Source of the DNA: a virus
DNA length: 64,000 nt
Strand: one strand, 5' to 3'
IMG/VR virus record: IMGVR_UViG_3300036857_000203
Span: 8,436-72,435 of that record
The first letter of the stretch is position 1; each line of letters opens with the position of its first letter. Shown piece after piece: positions 44,749-53,864 of this stretch. The translations under genes were made by a program, and so were the position numbers. The notes beneath the pieces were generated by a model that was not told the DNA's origin, made no database searches, and worked only from the letters and a program-made list of their open reading frames with translations.

Positions 44749-45660
44749 ATGGCAATCGACATGGCATCGATCAAGAACGAACTGTTCCCCGGCCTTGCCG
44801 CCGTGGAAGGTCGTTACAAGAAGATCGAGACCAAGTGGTCTCGGCTGTTCGAGAAGCGCTCATCCAAGATGGCGCTCGAAAGACGTACGCAGATGGCGTA
44901 CCTGCCGCTCGCCCGTGAGAAGGGCGAAGGCGCTTCGACCTACTTCGATGAGAGAGCAGGTGAGCGCTGGATGTACAGCGCCGAGATGCGAGAATTGTCG
45001 CTCGGCTACATCATCACCCGGCGCGCTGTGGAGGACAATCAATACAAGGCGGAGTTCAACCCGTCCAATCTCGGCCTGCAGGACGTCTTCGCGACGACCA
45101 AGGAAATCTACGCGGCGAACATCTTCAACACCGGCACGGTGTTCGATCAGACCGTCGGTGGTGACCAGAAATCGTTGTTCGCGATCGACCACCCGGTCGA
45201 CGTCGGTGTGATCGGCAACCGGCCGGCAGCCGACATCGACCTCAACGAGAGTTCGTTGCTGACGGCGATGACCGTCATCCGCAACAACTGGGTCGACGAG
45301 CGCAACATCAAGATCAGTGCGCGAGCGGAACTGGTGCTCGTTCCAGCTGCCCTGGAACAGGTGATCGTAAGACTGCTCCGCACTGAGCTGCGTCCGGGAA
45401 CCAACGACAACGACGTCAATGCCATCCAGCACGTCGGCGGCGGGCTGCGCGACTACATCGTCAACGAGTTCCTCACGTCGAACTTCGCGTGGTTCATCAA
45501 GACCGACAAGCGCGGGCTGATCTACTACGACCGCGTGCCGTTCGAGATGGACATGTACGTGGATTTCGACACTGATAACCTCAAGGTGAAGGGCCGCGAG
45601 CGCTACGCATTCAGCTACTTCGACTGGCGCGGCGTCTACGGGTCCTACCCCACCAGCTGA
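44749..45660 (+). CDS. Major capsid protein
   Basis: KGEG, LGYIITRRAVEDN, GDQKSLF..DHP, LVPAAL, NDVNAI, FLTS..AWFIKTD, ERYAFSYFDWRG. Confidence 0.92.
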   Translation: MAIDMASIKNELFPGLAAVEGRYKKIETKWSRLFEKRSSKMALERRTQMAYLPLAREKGEGASTYFDERAGERWMYSAEMRELSLGYIITRRAVEDNQYKAEFNPSNLGLQDVFATTKEIYAANIFNTGTVFDQTVGGDQKSLFAIDHPVDVGVIGNRPAADIDLNESSLLTAMTVIRNNWVDERNIKISARAELVLVPAALEQVIVRLLRTELRPGTNDNDVNAIQHVGGGLRDYIVNEFLTSNFAWFIKTDKRGLIYYDRVPFEMDMYVDFDTDNLKVKGRERYAFSYFDWRGVYGSYPTS

Positions 45661-45666
45661 GCAAAC

Positions 45667-45692
45667 GTCGGCACATCCACGCATGTGCCGAC
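45667..45692 (+). promoter_or_regulatory. Perfect 10-bp hairpin after MCP
   Basis: gtcggcacat-ccacgc-atgtgccgac. Confidence 0.6.
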
Positions 45693-45713
45693 ATTCATTC
45701 TGGGGAGGAGCTG

Positions 45714-45941
45714 ATGGCGCGTCCACCTTCTGGTCCGATTGGCAACTCTCCCCGCGACTTGCGCGATGACTTTGTCGGAGAGGAGCCCGACCCGTGCAAG
45801 GGCGGCGCGATCCCGACCAAGACGCGCGGCCCCAGGCGGGTCACCGGCAATACGTTCCACGCAAAGGTGAGTGGTGGCGGTGCGAGCAAGCGCGCCGATC
45901 GCGAGCCTCACTTCAGGCGGGGAGGCTTCGTGCGCCGATGA
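45714..45941 (+). CDS. Small basic virion-associated protein
   Basis: GGAGGAG RBS; RADR..FRRGG. Confidence 0.65.
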   Translation: MARPPSGPIGNSPRDLRDDFVGEEPDPCKGGAIPTKTRGPRRVTGNTFHAKVSGGGASKRADREPHFRRGGFVRR

Positions 45942-46771
45942 AGAAGGACGATCCGAAGAAGAAGAAGAAACTGCCGTTCTATGGCCGGGCCTACGGCGGT
46001 GCCGCGCGACGGCGTGCCGACCGCAAGGCTTATCGTAGGGGTGGTGCGGTATCGAAGGCAGACGGCGAGCCGATCTCCCCCAACGAGCCTAATGCGCCGG
46101 TCGGCGGCAAGGTGCTGCAGACGTTCAAGAGGGGTGGCGTGGCCAAGCGTCAAGATGGTGGTGCTACTGAGAAGCCGAAAGAGTCGCCGCGACCCTTTGA
46201 CCGAGCGAATGAGCCGAAAGGTCTAGGTTGGGAGCCGCCGGGTGGCTGGAAGCCGCCAGATAAGGCGGTAACCGGGTCATCGATCGATAGGCCGACGTTG
46301 AGGCGCAGGAGCGGCGGCGCGGTAAAGAAGCGCGCCGTCGGTGGGACATCGGATGACGACAGGCCGACCGTGCCGAGGAGCAGCAGTGTCGACGACCTCA
46401 CGACAGCCGGTCTCAAGCCGCTGCTCCCTGCCCTGGGTGCCGGTGATCTGACCGGCGGGCTCGGTGCCGGCGCCGCTGCTGCGCCACCCCCGCCCATGGC
46501 GGGGACACCGAGTGGACCGCCAGGGCCGGTGCCTGCGGGTGGGCCAGGGATGCGGCGCGGCGGCGCGGTGAAGAAGCGCCAGGACGGTGGCCCTACCGAT
46601 GCCGAGCGCGAGGAGGGACTGGATCAGCTTAAGAAGAAGATGACCTCTCCGCTGGGCGGCAAGATTGGTCGTTATCAGGAGGCGCAGTCCAGGAACATCG
46701 TTGATTCGCTACGGCCACGAAGCTTCGGTGGCCGTGCTGAGCCCGCGCTGCGCAAGAGCGGCGGTGACTGA
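45938..46771 (+). CDS. Low-complexity basic protein with repeated xxxGG motifs
   Basis: YRRGG, FKRGG, RQDGG x2, RRSGG, MRRGG, RKSGG. Confidence 0.7.
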   Translation: MKKDDPKKKKKLPFYGRAYGGAARRRADRKAYRRGGAVSKADGEPISPNEPNAPVGGKVLQTFKRGGVAKRQDGGATEKPKESPRPFDRANEPKGLGWEPPGGWKPPDKAVTGSSIDRPTLRRRSGGAVKKRAVGGTSDDDRPTVPRSSSVDDLTTAGLKPLLPALGAGDLTGGLGAGAAAAPPPPMAGTPSGPPGPVPAGGPGMRRGGAVKKRQDGGPTDAEREEGLDQLKKKMTSPLGGKIGRYQEAQSRNIVDSLRPRSFGGRAEPALRKSGGD

Positions 46772-46774
46772 TAC

Positions 46775-46873
46775 CCGCGTGCGGCCCGTCTGCACACGCT
46801 CCACACGCGGATAGGGGAGGCTGGACCCGCGTTTAGGCCCTCCCCCTGGCGTACGGCGAGGTCCAGTCTCCCC
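46775..46873 (+). ncRNA. Structured intergenic RNA candidate
   Basis: Stems ccgcgtg/cacgcgg and ggggaggctggacc/ggtccagtctcccc. Confidence 0.4.
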
Positions 46874-46892
46874 GCACAATGAGGGAACGATA

Positions 46893-47144
46893 GTGGTAGC
46901 TCCGACGAACGCACTTCCGGTCCAGGATCAGGGCGCTGTTCCCTACGCGAAGGTCAAGGCGCTGCCGGTGATCTTGGTCACTGCCGGGGACCAGCCGTTT
47001 GCGCCAGTCGCCATTCTGCCGGTCAGGGTGTTCCCGAATGATGGCTCATATCCGGTCGCCAAGGTGCAGCCGCAGTATGCATCGTTGGTGGCAAGCGGGC
47101 CGCTCGCAAAGGTTACCCCCATCCCCATCGTTGTTGTGGGGTGA
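46893..47144 (+). CDS. Small virion protein with internal repeats
   Basis: P.AKV..LP/IP-V repeats. Confidence 0.6.
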   Translation: MVAPTNALPVQDQGAVPYAKVKALPVILVTAGDQPFAPVAILPVRVFPNDGSYPVAKVQPQYASLVASGPLAKVTPIPIVVVG

Positions 47145-47147
47145 GTC

Positions 47148-47870
47148 ATGACGGCTGGGACCAACACCAGCAGGAGCTACAACTTCGCGCCCTCGCTCGC
47201 CGATGTGGTGATCACGGCCTATGGCCGTTGCCAGATCAGGCGCAGCGCCATCACGCCCGAGCATCTGCACGATGCCGCCATGGAGGCGAACCTGCTGCAG
47301 AGCGAGTGGTCGAACAACCAAGTCAACCTCTGGACCGTGGACTTGCAGAGCATCCCGCTGGTGCCCGGGAAAGCCAAGTACGACGTAGACCCAGCCACCG
47401 TGATGATCCTTGGTAGCTACATCGCAACTGGCAGCTCGCCCGAGAAGGATAGGCTCATCACCTCGCTCGACCGCGACACCTACGCGGCGTTCCCAGACAA
47501 GACTACGCCGGGTACTCCGAGCCAGTACTGGTACGATGCACAGATACTGCCGACAATCACGCTCTGGCAGCCGCCCGATGACATCGAGCCGCGCTGGCTG
47601 AAGTTCTATCGCGCGCGGCAGATACAGGATGCGCTCTTGCCCGATGGCCTGGAGCCAGAGGTGCCTTATCGGTTTCTCGACGCCTACGTCGGAGGTCTGG
47701 CGTGGCGGTTGGCTGTGCACTACGCGCCGGCCATGGCGGACAGCTTGAAGACGTTGGCCAAAGAAGCGTTTGATACCGCGAAGAACCGTGACGTCGAGAA
47801 GAGTTCACTACGCATCGTGCCGGCCATGTCGATATACACGAATGCGGTTTATTCCAAGGAGGATCGATGA
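47148..47870 (+). CDS. Head-tail adaptor/tail tubular protein
   Basis: NLLQSEWSN..VNLWTV, GTPSQYW, LWQPPD, VPYRFLDA..GLAWRLA. Confidence 0.8.
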   Translation: MTAGTNTSRSYNFAPSLADVVITAYGRCQIRRSAITPEHLHDAAMEANLLQSEWSNNQVNLWTVDLQSIPLVPGKAKYDVDPATVMILGSYIATGSSPEKDRLITSLDRDTYAAFPDKTTPGTPSQYWYDAQILPTITLWQPPDDIEPRWLKFYRARQIQDALLPDGLEPEVPYRFLDAYVGGLAWRLAVHYAPAMADSLKTLAKEAFDTAKNRDVEKSSLRIVPAMSIYTNAVYSKEDR

Positions 47871-48349
47871 CGCCAGCTGAGGTTCGCGAGCTGTTTGATT
47901 ACGATGCCAGCACAGGTGAGCTGCGCTGGCGTGGCGGGCGTAGGGCTGGTGGCATCGCTGGCATGGTGAACAAGGCCGGATACCGGGTGGTGTGGGGCAG
48001 GGGTGGCAAGGAATCGCGGAAGATGTTCTTAGCGCACCGCTTGATCTGGCTGTGGGTTTACGGTGAATGGCCGACTAAGATCGATCACATCAGCGGCGAT
48101 AAGGCGGACAACCGGCTCGCCAATCTGCGACAGGCCACAAACTCCGGTAACAGCGCTAACTCAAGACTTCAGGCCCGGAGTAAGAGCGGCTTCAAGGGCG
48201 TGTGGCGGCACGGGCCGGGTTGGGCAGCGAGCATCCGCAAGGACAATGTGACCCGTCACTTGGGCACCTTTCCTACACCAGAGCTGGCATACGCTGCTTA
48301 CTGCAGGGCCGCTGATTCGCTTCATGGTGAGTTCGCGAGGTTCGTGTGA
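47867..48349 (+). CDS. HNH homing endonuclease with AP2 domain
   Basis: AHRLIW..VYGEWP..IDHISGDKADNRLANLR; SGFKGV; LGTFPTPELA. Confidence 0.9.
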   Translation: MTPAEVRELFDYDASTGELRWRGGRRAGGIAGMVNKAGYRVVWGRGGKESRKMFLAHRLIWLWVYGEWPTKIDHISGDKADNRLANLRQATNSGNSANSRLQARSKSGFKGVWRHGPGWAASIRKDNVTRHLGTFPTPELAYAAYCRAADSLHGEFARFV

Positions 48350-48654
48350 TGGGTGGATTCGCCCCGAAGGGCCATGCAAGGCTAGACCCCAGTAAACCCA
48401 GTGCCTTTGCACTGTGCGATACATGTGGCTTCATGTATTGCCACCGCGATCTCAAGTGGAAGGTTGAATGGACCGGCAACGAGCTGCGGCGCACCGGCTT
48501 CCTCGCCTGTCCGACCTGCTGGGATCATCCCAACTACACGCTTCGCGCCAAGGCTCTTCCGCCCGACCCAGTGCCGATCCTCAATCCGCGCGGTACGGAG
48601 CAGAAGGCGACACCGCCGGTTAATCCAGACTTCGTGCCGCCGAAGATACCGTAG
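48346..48654 (+). CDS. Zn-binding virion-module protein
   Basis: ALCDTCGF...CPTCWD.P...DPVPILNPR. Confidence 0.75.
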   Translation: MMGGFAPKGHARLDPSKPSAFALCDTCGFMYCHRDLKWKVEWTGNELRRTGFLACPTCWDHPNYTLRAKALPPDPVPILNPRGTEQKATPPVNPDFVPPKIP

Positions 48655-48663
48655 GAGACGGAT

Positions 48664-49095
48664 GTGGCGACTGGGAACAAGATATATCCGCTCTGGAAGC
48701 AGGCGTTGATGCAGGAGCTGCCCGAGGACAAATCGCTCGATCAGGGCGGCATCGATCCATTGCAGGGTGTTTATGTCTCGCTGGTCGACACCGATGCCTA
48801 CGTCTATTCGGACGGGCACGAGTTCTACAGCAGCATCGTGGGCGTACAGGGCACGCCGCAGATGCTGATCGATGCCACGGTGGTGGGTCGCATCTTTGCC
48901 GGCGGCACTGTCGTCTACACCAATGTTACCGGCACCAAGGTTGGTGGGCTGGTGCTCGCCCGGCAGAACGAGGGCGCGAACACTTCTTGGCGCCTCGTGC
49001 TTTACGAGGACACCGGGATTATTGGTCTTCCGCTCGTGCCTAGTGGCGGAAACATCATGGTCGAGTGGAACGTGCAAGGTATCTTTGGACTGTGA
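48664..49095 (+). CDS. Virion structural protein
   Basis: IYPLWKQ...[19 protein letters not shown]. Confidence 0.7.
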   Translation: MATGNKIYPLWKQALMQELPEDKSLDQGGIDPLQGVYVSLVDTDAYVYSDGHEFYSSIVGVQGTPQMLIDATVVGRIFAGGTVVYTNVTGTKVGGLVLARQNEGANTSWRLVLYEDTGIIGLPLVPSGGNIMVEWNVQGIFGL

Positions 49096-49099
49096 ACCT

Positions 49100-49417
49100 A
49101 TGAGCAAAGACCCGCTCGATACCCAAGGCGCCGAGCGTGAACTCTTTGAGTCGATCGCCAAGCTGGTGGTCGGCAGGCCCAACCTTGTCGTGCAGAGCGT
49201 GGGGATGAACCTCATCGTCAATGCGATCCGGCAGACAGTGGCCAAGCGCAGCGATGCCGAGGCGATGTTCGATGAGCTGTTCGGGCGCGGCAAGAGCGTG
49301 CTGCTCGACGTGCACTATGACTCTGTGACCGGCAATCGGCGCAGCGTCTTCCCGTTCACCCAGGTGATAAAGGCGCCCTTCCACGACGAAGGCAACGTGA
49401 TCTTCCATGGGAAGTGA
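49100..49417 (+). CDS. Hypothetical protein
   Basis: ORF in late operon. Confidence 0.65.
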   Translation: MSKDPLDTQGAERELFESIAKLVVGRPNLVVQSVGMNLIVNAIRQTVAKRSDAEAMFDELFGRGKSVLLDVHYDSVTGNRRSVFPFTQVIKAPFHDEGNVIFHGK

Positions 49418-49420
49418 TGG

Positions 49421-49777
49421 ATGCAGCCAGCCAACCTTCCGCTGGAGATATATCGCGGCGACAGCCAGCGCATGCGGGTCAAGCTCTATGTACCCGGTAC
49501 GCCGCCGTCGCCGGTCGATCTGACTGACGTTGTCGCCAAGGCGCAGATACGCGACCGCCCGGCCGGCGACACGATCATCAACCTGATCTGCACCATCGAG
49601 CTTCCCAACATCATCGAGATCGAGCTGACGGCCGGCGACAGCTTCAAGCTTCCGGTCGCCGGGGTCTGGGACCTGCAGCTCACGTTCTCCTCGGGCGAGG
49701 TGAAGACGCCGCTGGCCGGGCAGGTGTCGGTCACCCCAGATGTGACGGACAGCACGCCCTTCCCGCAGCCGGTGTGA
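49421..49777 (+). CDS. BppU-like tail-fibre attachment protein
   Basis: IYRGD...VDLT..AQIR...[23 protein letters not shown]. Confidence 0.7.
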   Translation: MQPANLPLEIYRGDSQRMRVKLYVPGTPPSPVDLTDVVAKAQIRDRPAGDTIINLICTIELPNIIEIELTAGDSFKLPVAGVWDLQLTFSSGEVKTPLAGQVSVTPDVTDSTPFPQPV

Positions 49778-49784
49778 GGGGGCG

Positions 49785-51791
49785 ATGAACGGCAGCGTCG
49801 AGATCGTCAACCTGGAGATCACGAGCTTCCTGGTCGAGGCCGATCTCCTGCTCGTGCCCGGTCCCGAGTTCGTTGAGGTCCAGGTCGACATCGGTCCGGT
49901 CGGTCCGGTCGGCCCGGCAGGGCCTGTCGGTCCCGTGGGTCCTATGGGGGAGACGGGTCCTCCCGGCCCGGATGGTGCTCCCGGGGGTCCCGGCCCGGCC
50001 GGCGCGGATGGTGCGGTTGGTCCGCAAGGGCCGGTCGGCGCCACGGGCGCTACCGGAGCGACCGGAGCGACTGGTCCGCAGGGTGATACCGGCCCGCAAG
50101 GCCCGGTCGGCGACCAGGGTCCTGCTGGCTCGACCGGGCCGCAGGGTCCGCAAGGGGTGCCCGGTACGCCCGGGGCAACCGGGCCACAGGGGCCGCAGGG
50201 CGATACTGGCCCCGCAGGGCCGCCGGGACCGGGCAACGTCATCAGTGTCGGCACACCGGTCGCTGGTCAGGTCGCCGAGTGGACTGACGCCACGCACATC
50301 CAGGGTGTCAGCACCTACGCCAAGCTCGCCTCACCCGCGCTGACTGGAACGCCGACCGTCCCGACTGCGGCGCCCGGTACCAACACCACCCAGGCTGCCA
50401 GCACTGCCTACGTCACCGCCGCCGACAATGCGGTGAAGACCCAGCTCATCGGCTCTGCCAGCTCTGGCATGGACACGTTGGGCGAGATCGAGAACTACAT
50501 CCTCGCCAACATCAATCCTGTGCTCGGCAACAAGGCGGACATCAATTCGCCGACCCTGACAGGAGACCCGAAGAGCGTAACCCCCGCTACTTCAGATAAC
50601 GATACCTCCATTGCCACCACAGCCTACGTCAAGTCCAACCTCGCCAACTATCAGCCGCTCGATGCTGATCTCACGGCAATCGCGGCGCTGACTGGCACCA
50701 ATGTCATCTATTACAGGTCCGCCGCCAACACTTGGTCGCCGGTCACCATTGGCACCGGGCTGACGTTCAGCTCGGGTACGCTGTCGGCGCCATCTGGTGG
50801 CGGCAACGTATCCAACGTCGGCACACCTACCAACGGTCAGTGGGCGCGCTGGACCTCGGCGACGACCATCGAAGGGGTGGCAGCAGGTTCGACCGGCTTC
50901 GTGCTGAAGACCGGCGATACTATGTCGGGGACGCTTACTGTCATCCCGACCGGCAGCACCGATGGCGTGCTTCTGAGTGGTGTCACGACGCAGGCCCGCG
51001 TCCAGGCCACCGGCGGCACCGACGTCAGTTTGTTGCACGCCAGCAAGGGTACAGGGGCGCATTATTTCTACACCAATGGCTTCAGCAATCTGCAAGCCGT
51101 GATCATCCATCAGACAACTAGTTCTGCGTATCTGCAAATCTCGGGCGGCGACGGCGTCACTAATTTATCGATGTCTAATGGCAGTAATGTTAGGGCGACG
51201 ACGCCTGCCGCTGCGTCGAATGACACGAGCATTGCAACGACGGCGTGGGTGCAGGCCGCGATCCCCAAGGGTACTTTGGTGCAGATCGCGCGGGCGGATG
51301 TGTCGAGTGCGGTGGCGACGGTGGACTTCACATCAGGGATTAATACGACCTACGATGAATATGAGATACATTACTTTAATGTGCGGGGTAATGTAGAAAA
51401 CTCACTGCTGTTTCAAATCAGCCAAGATGGTGGGGCGACCTGGAAAGCAGATGGAAACTATCAATATGGTGGGTTTGCAGTTGGCTCTCTCGGTTCGCCG
51501 AGTTGGCTTCAACAAACGGCTTCAACTGGTGGGATAGCGTCTTACCCAACTGTCGCGGTAACGAGTAATGGGGCAATTAATGGAACTCTCAAGATGTGGA
51601 AGCCTAATTTGAACCAATTCAATATGATTATGGTTGATGCGGTGTCACACTATTCGGCCAGTTCATTTACTCGTATCAGTATTGCCAATGGTTATGCGGG
51701 AAATACAAACGGATTTAATGCTATTCGTTTCTTCGTTAGTGGTAGCAACATCACGCAAGGCACCTTCATCCTATACGGGATCAAGAAATGA
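49785..51791 (+). CDS. Tail fibre with collagen-like repeats
   Basis: About 37 Gly-X-Y triplets; [16 protein letters not shown] fibre repeats; ends GTFILYGIK. Confidence 0.88.
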   Translation: MNGSVEIVNLEITSFLVEADLLLVPGPEFVEVQVDIGPVGPVGPAGPVGPVGPMGETGPPGPDGAPGGPGPAGADGAVGPQGPVGATGATGATGATGPQGDTGPQGPVGDQGPAGSTGPQGPQGVPGTPGATGPQGPQGDTGPAGPPGPGNVISVGTPVAGQVAEWTDATHIQGVSTYAKLASPALTGTPTVPTAAPGTNTTQAASTAYVTAADNAVKTQLIGSASSGMDTLGEIENYILANINPVLGNKADINSPTLTGDPKSVTPATSDNDTSIATTAYVKSNLANYQPLDADLTAIAALTGTNVIYYRSAANTWSPVTIGTGLTFSSGTLSAPSGGGNVSNVGTPTNGQWARWTSATTIEGVAAGSTGFVLKTGDTMSGTLTVIPTGSTDGVLLSGVTTQARVQATGGTDVSLLHASKGTGAHYFYTNGFSNLQAVIIHQTTSSAYLQISGGDGVTNLSMSNGSNVRATTPAAASNDTSIATTAWVQAAIPKGTLVQIARADVSSAVATVDFTSGINTTYDEYEIHYFNVRGNVENSLLFQISQDGGATWKADGNYQYGGFAVGSLGSPSWLQQTASTGGIASYPTVAVTSNGAINGTLKMWKPNLNQFNMIMVDAVSHYSASSFTRISIANGYAGNTNGFNAIRFFVSGSNITQGTFILYGIKK

Positions 51792-51952
51792 CCGATTACA
51801 AGCTGGTTGACGGCGAGCTATTCCCGCTTTCTCCCGAAGAGCAGGCGGAATTGGACAAGCAGCGCTCTACGCCAAGGGTCGCTACTGCGCCCTGGCTGAA
51901 CGGACCTACTGTGGCGCAGGCCTTCGAGGAGCACATCAATGTCAAGTCTTAA
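51788..51952 (+). CDS. Small tail-fibre-associated protein
   Basis: [21 protein letters not shown]...; ATGA coupling. Confidence 0.6.
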   Translation: MTDYKLVDGELFPLSPEEQAELDKQRSTPRVATAPWLNGPTVAQAFEEHINVKS

Positions 51953-52292
51953 TCACATTGCCGCAGCGAGAGACGACACCTTCGCCGGCCGCGTGACGAT
52001 GATCTCGCTCAAGGTGGCGCAGAACGTGGCGGCGGAGGATCCGGGCGCGGCCGATCATGAGGTGCGGGTGCAGTACGCCCAGCGCATCTTCCGGGGCGCG
52101 GATCAGACAAAGTTACTATCGGCTCACGTCATTGCCAGCAATCCGACCATTCAGGCGAAGATCGATGAGGAGCCCACGCAGTACGGCGCAAATGTCGGAG
52201 ACGACGAGATCGAGTTTGCGCTGTCCAGCATCTGGACCGCCAGGGCCATGGCATTCGTTGACGTTCCCGCAACGCAGGTCGGGGGCGTCTGA
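51939..52292 (+). CDS. Tail-module protein
   Basis: ORF in late operon. Confidence 0.7.
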   Translation: MSSLNHIAAARDDTFAGRVTMISLKVAQNVAAEDPGAADHEVRVQYAQRIFRGADQTKLLSAHVIASNPTIQAKIDEEPTQYGANVGDDEIEFALSSIWTARAMAFVDVPATQVGGV

Positions 52293-52666
52293 TGGCTTTC
52301 ACTGTCCCTCCGTATGTTTACGAGATATTCGACCACGAATATCGGCGCCCCGAATGGTTCGGTACTCCGACGACTGTTGCCGCTGGCTGGTTCGATGCCC
52401 AGAGGACGGTAACGGCATGGTTTGATGACGAGCTGATCAATGGGGCCGAGATCGTTCCCAAGCAGCTCGCCACACTCTGGGCGCCGTTCGTTGACGACGA
52501 CGATGTGATCTTCAAGATGGAGGGCGAGAATGGCGAGTCGCTGATCACGGTGATCGTGTTCCCGGCGATGTTCGATGACGAGGACCTCATCTTCAGCCCG
52601 GTCGCGATCCGCAAGCTTGAGCCGCCGGATCGTTACCTCAAGAACGAGATCATCAGGACCCGGTAG
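52292..52666 (+). CDS. Acidic tail-module protein
   Basis: F.DDD.IF repeats. Confidence 0.65.
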   Translation: MAFTVPPYVYEIFDHEYRRPEWFGTPTTVAAGWFDAQRTVTAWFDDELINGAEIVPKQLATLWAPFVDDDDVIFKMEGENGESLITVIVFPAMFDDEDLIFSPVAIRKLEPPDRYLKNEIIRTR

Positions 52667-52685
52667 AATCAGATAGGTTCGTGCC

Positions 52686-53033
52686 ATGTATCTGGGCAGA
52701 GAGTTCTCACCGCAGGAGTTCAACGAGTCCGAAGTGTTCGGTCTCGACTTCGTCAACGATCTCGATGACGAGGAGCAGCTGCTGTCGTCGGTGTGGACGA
52801 TCAAGGTGGCGCAGGGCTCCGATCCCAATCCTAAGGTTCACTTGCAGGGTCCGCCAATGGTGGTGGTGCCGCTCGGCAGTATCTGGAAGACGGCGACCAT
52901 CCAGCGCATCGGTGGGCTGTGGCCGGACGTGACCTATGTGGTACGAGCGGTGGTGATCACCGACCGGGGAAATACCCGCAGCCTGTGGACGCATATCCGT
53001 GGAGTGAGAGAGCTGCAGCTGAGCTTCGGGTGA
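52686..53033 (+). CDS. Fibre-tail adaptor-like protein
   Basis: EVFGLDF..L...EQLLSSVW...GG....Y...VITDRG.T. Confidence 0.7.
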   Translation: MYLGREFSPQEFNESEVFGLDFVNDLDDEEQLLSSVWTIKVAQGSDPNPKVHLQGPPMVVVPLGSIWKTATIQRIGGLWPDVTYVVRAVVITDRGNTRSLWTHIRGVRELQLSFG

Positions 53034-53045
53034 GGAGACCGTGCA

Positions 53046-53864
53046 GTGACATACGATGAGGTCCTGACATCTCTGATGACGCTGGGCGCGATCCCGCTCA
53101 ACAGCGAGGACTCGAACTTCCTGCGTATTATCACGGCGATGTTCAACTACGCCGAGGGCAGGATATATCGCGAGCTGTCGTTCCTGGCGACCGACACCGT
53201 CGAGAAGGTCACGCTGCCGGCGATGGAGCGCGAGGTCGAACTCCCGGATAACGTCCTCACGGTGCGCTCAATCGGCATCTATGTGCCGCCGCCGTCTACG
53301 CCGACCCCCCCGCCCGAGGGGCCGCCCACGCGCCATATCCGCAGGCATTACCCGGAACGCATCTCGCCCGAGGCGCTCGACATCTTCTGGCCGCAGCCCA
53401 ACTTCAAGCCCAGTGTGCCGAAGAAGTATGCCATCAGAGCCATCCGGTTGGTGGGTACTGAGGCGCCCAATCCCGATCCGCCGGGAACGCAGCCGCTGCC
53501 GCCGATCTACATCCCGGAGCAGTTCCGGCTGATTGCCGCTTTCATGCCGTCGCCCGATCGTATCTACATCGGCGAGGTGTACGGCGGCATTCAGCCGAGG
53601 CCGCTTTCCGACAGCAATCCCGAGACCTACCTCAGCCGCTACTATGCCGAGCTGCTCATCGCTGCTTGCATGGTGTTCCTCACCGGGTATCAGCGCGATT
53701 ACGGGGCACAGTCCGATGATCCGCAGCGGGCGATGAGCTGGGAGGCACAGTATCAAACGCTGAAGGCGGGCGTCACACAGGAGACTGGCAGGCAACGCGG
53801 CGAAGGACCCGGCTTCACGGCGCTGCCGCCGGCACAGCAGGCGCAGCAGCCGAGGTCGCCCTGA
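53046..53864 (+). CDS. Tail adaptor (P22 gp4-like position)
   Basis: MTYDE...AEGRIYREL...PSPD..Y...ETYLS.YY.ELL. Confidence 0.75.
   Translation: MTYDEVLTSLMTLGAIPLNSEDSNFLRIITAMFNYAEGRIYRELSFLATDTVEKVTLPAMEREVELPDNVLTVRSIGIYVPPPSTPTPPPEGPPTRHIRRHYPERISPEALDIFWPQPNFKPSVPKKYAIRAIRLVGTEAPNPDPPGTQPLPPIYIPEQFRLIAAFMPSPDRIYIGEVYGGIQPRPLSDSNPETYLSRYYAELLIAACMVFLTGYQRDYGAQSDDPQRAMSWEAQYQTLKAGVTQETGRQRGEGPGFTALPPAQQAQQPRSP

Noticed and set aside
49890-50235. 9-nt periodic repeat
   Set aside because: Collagen Gly-X-Y coding in the tail fibre
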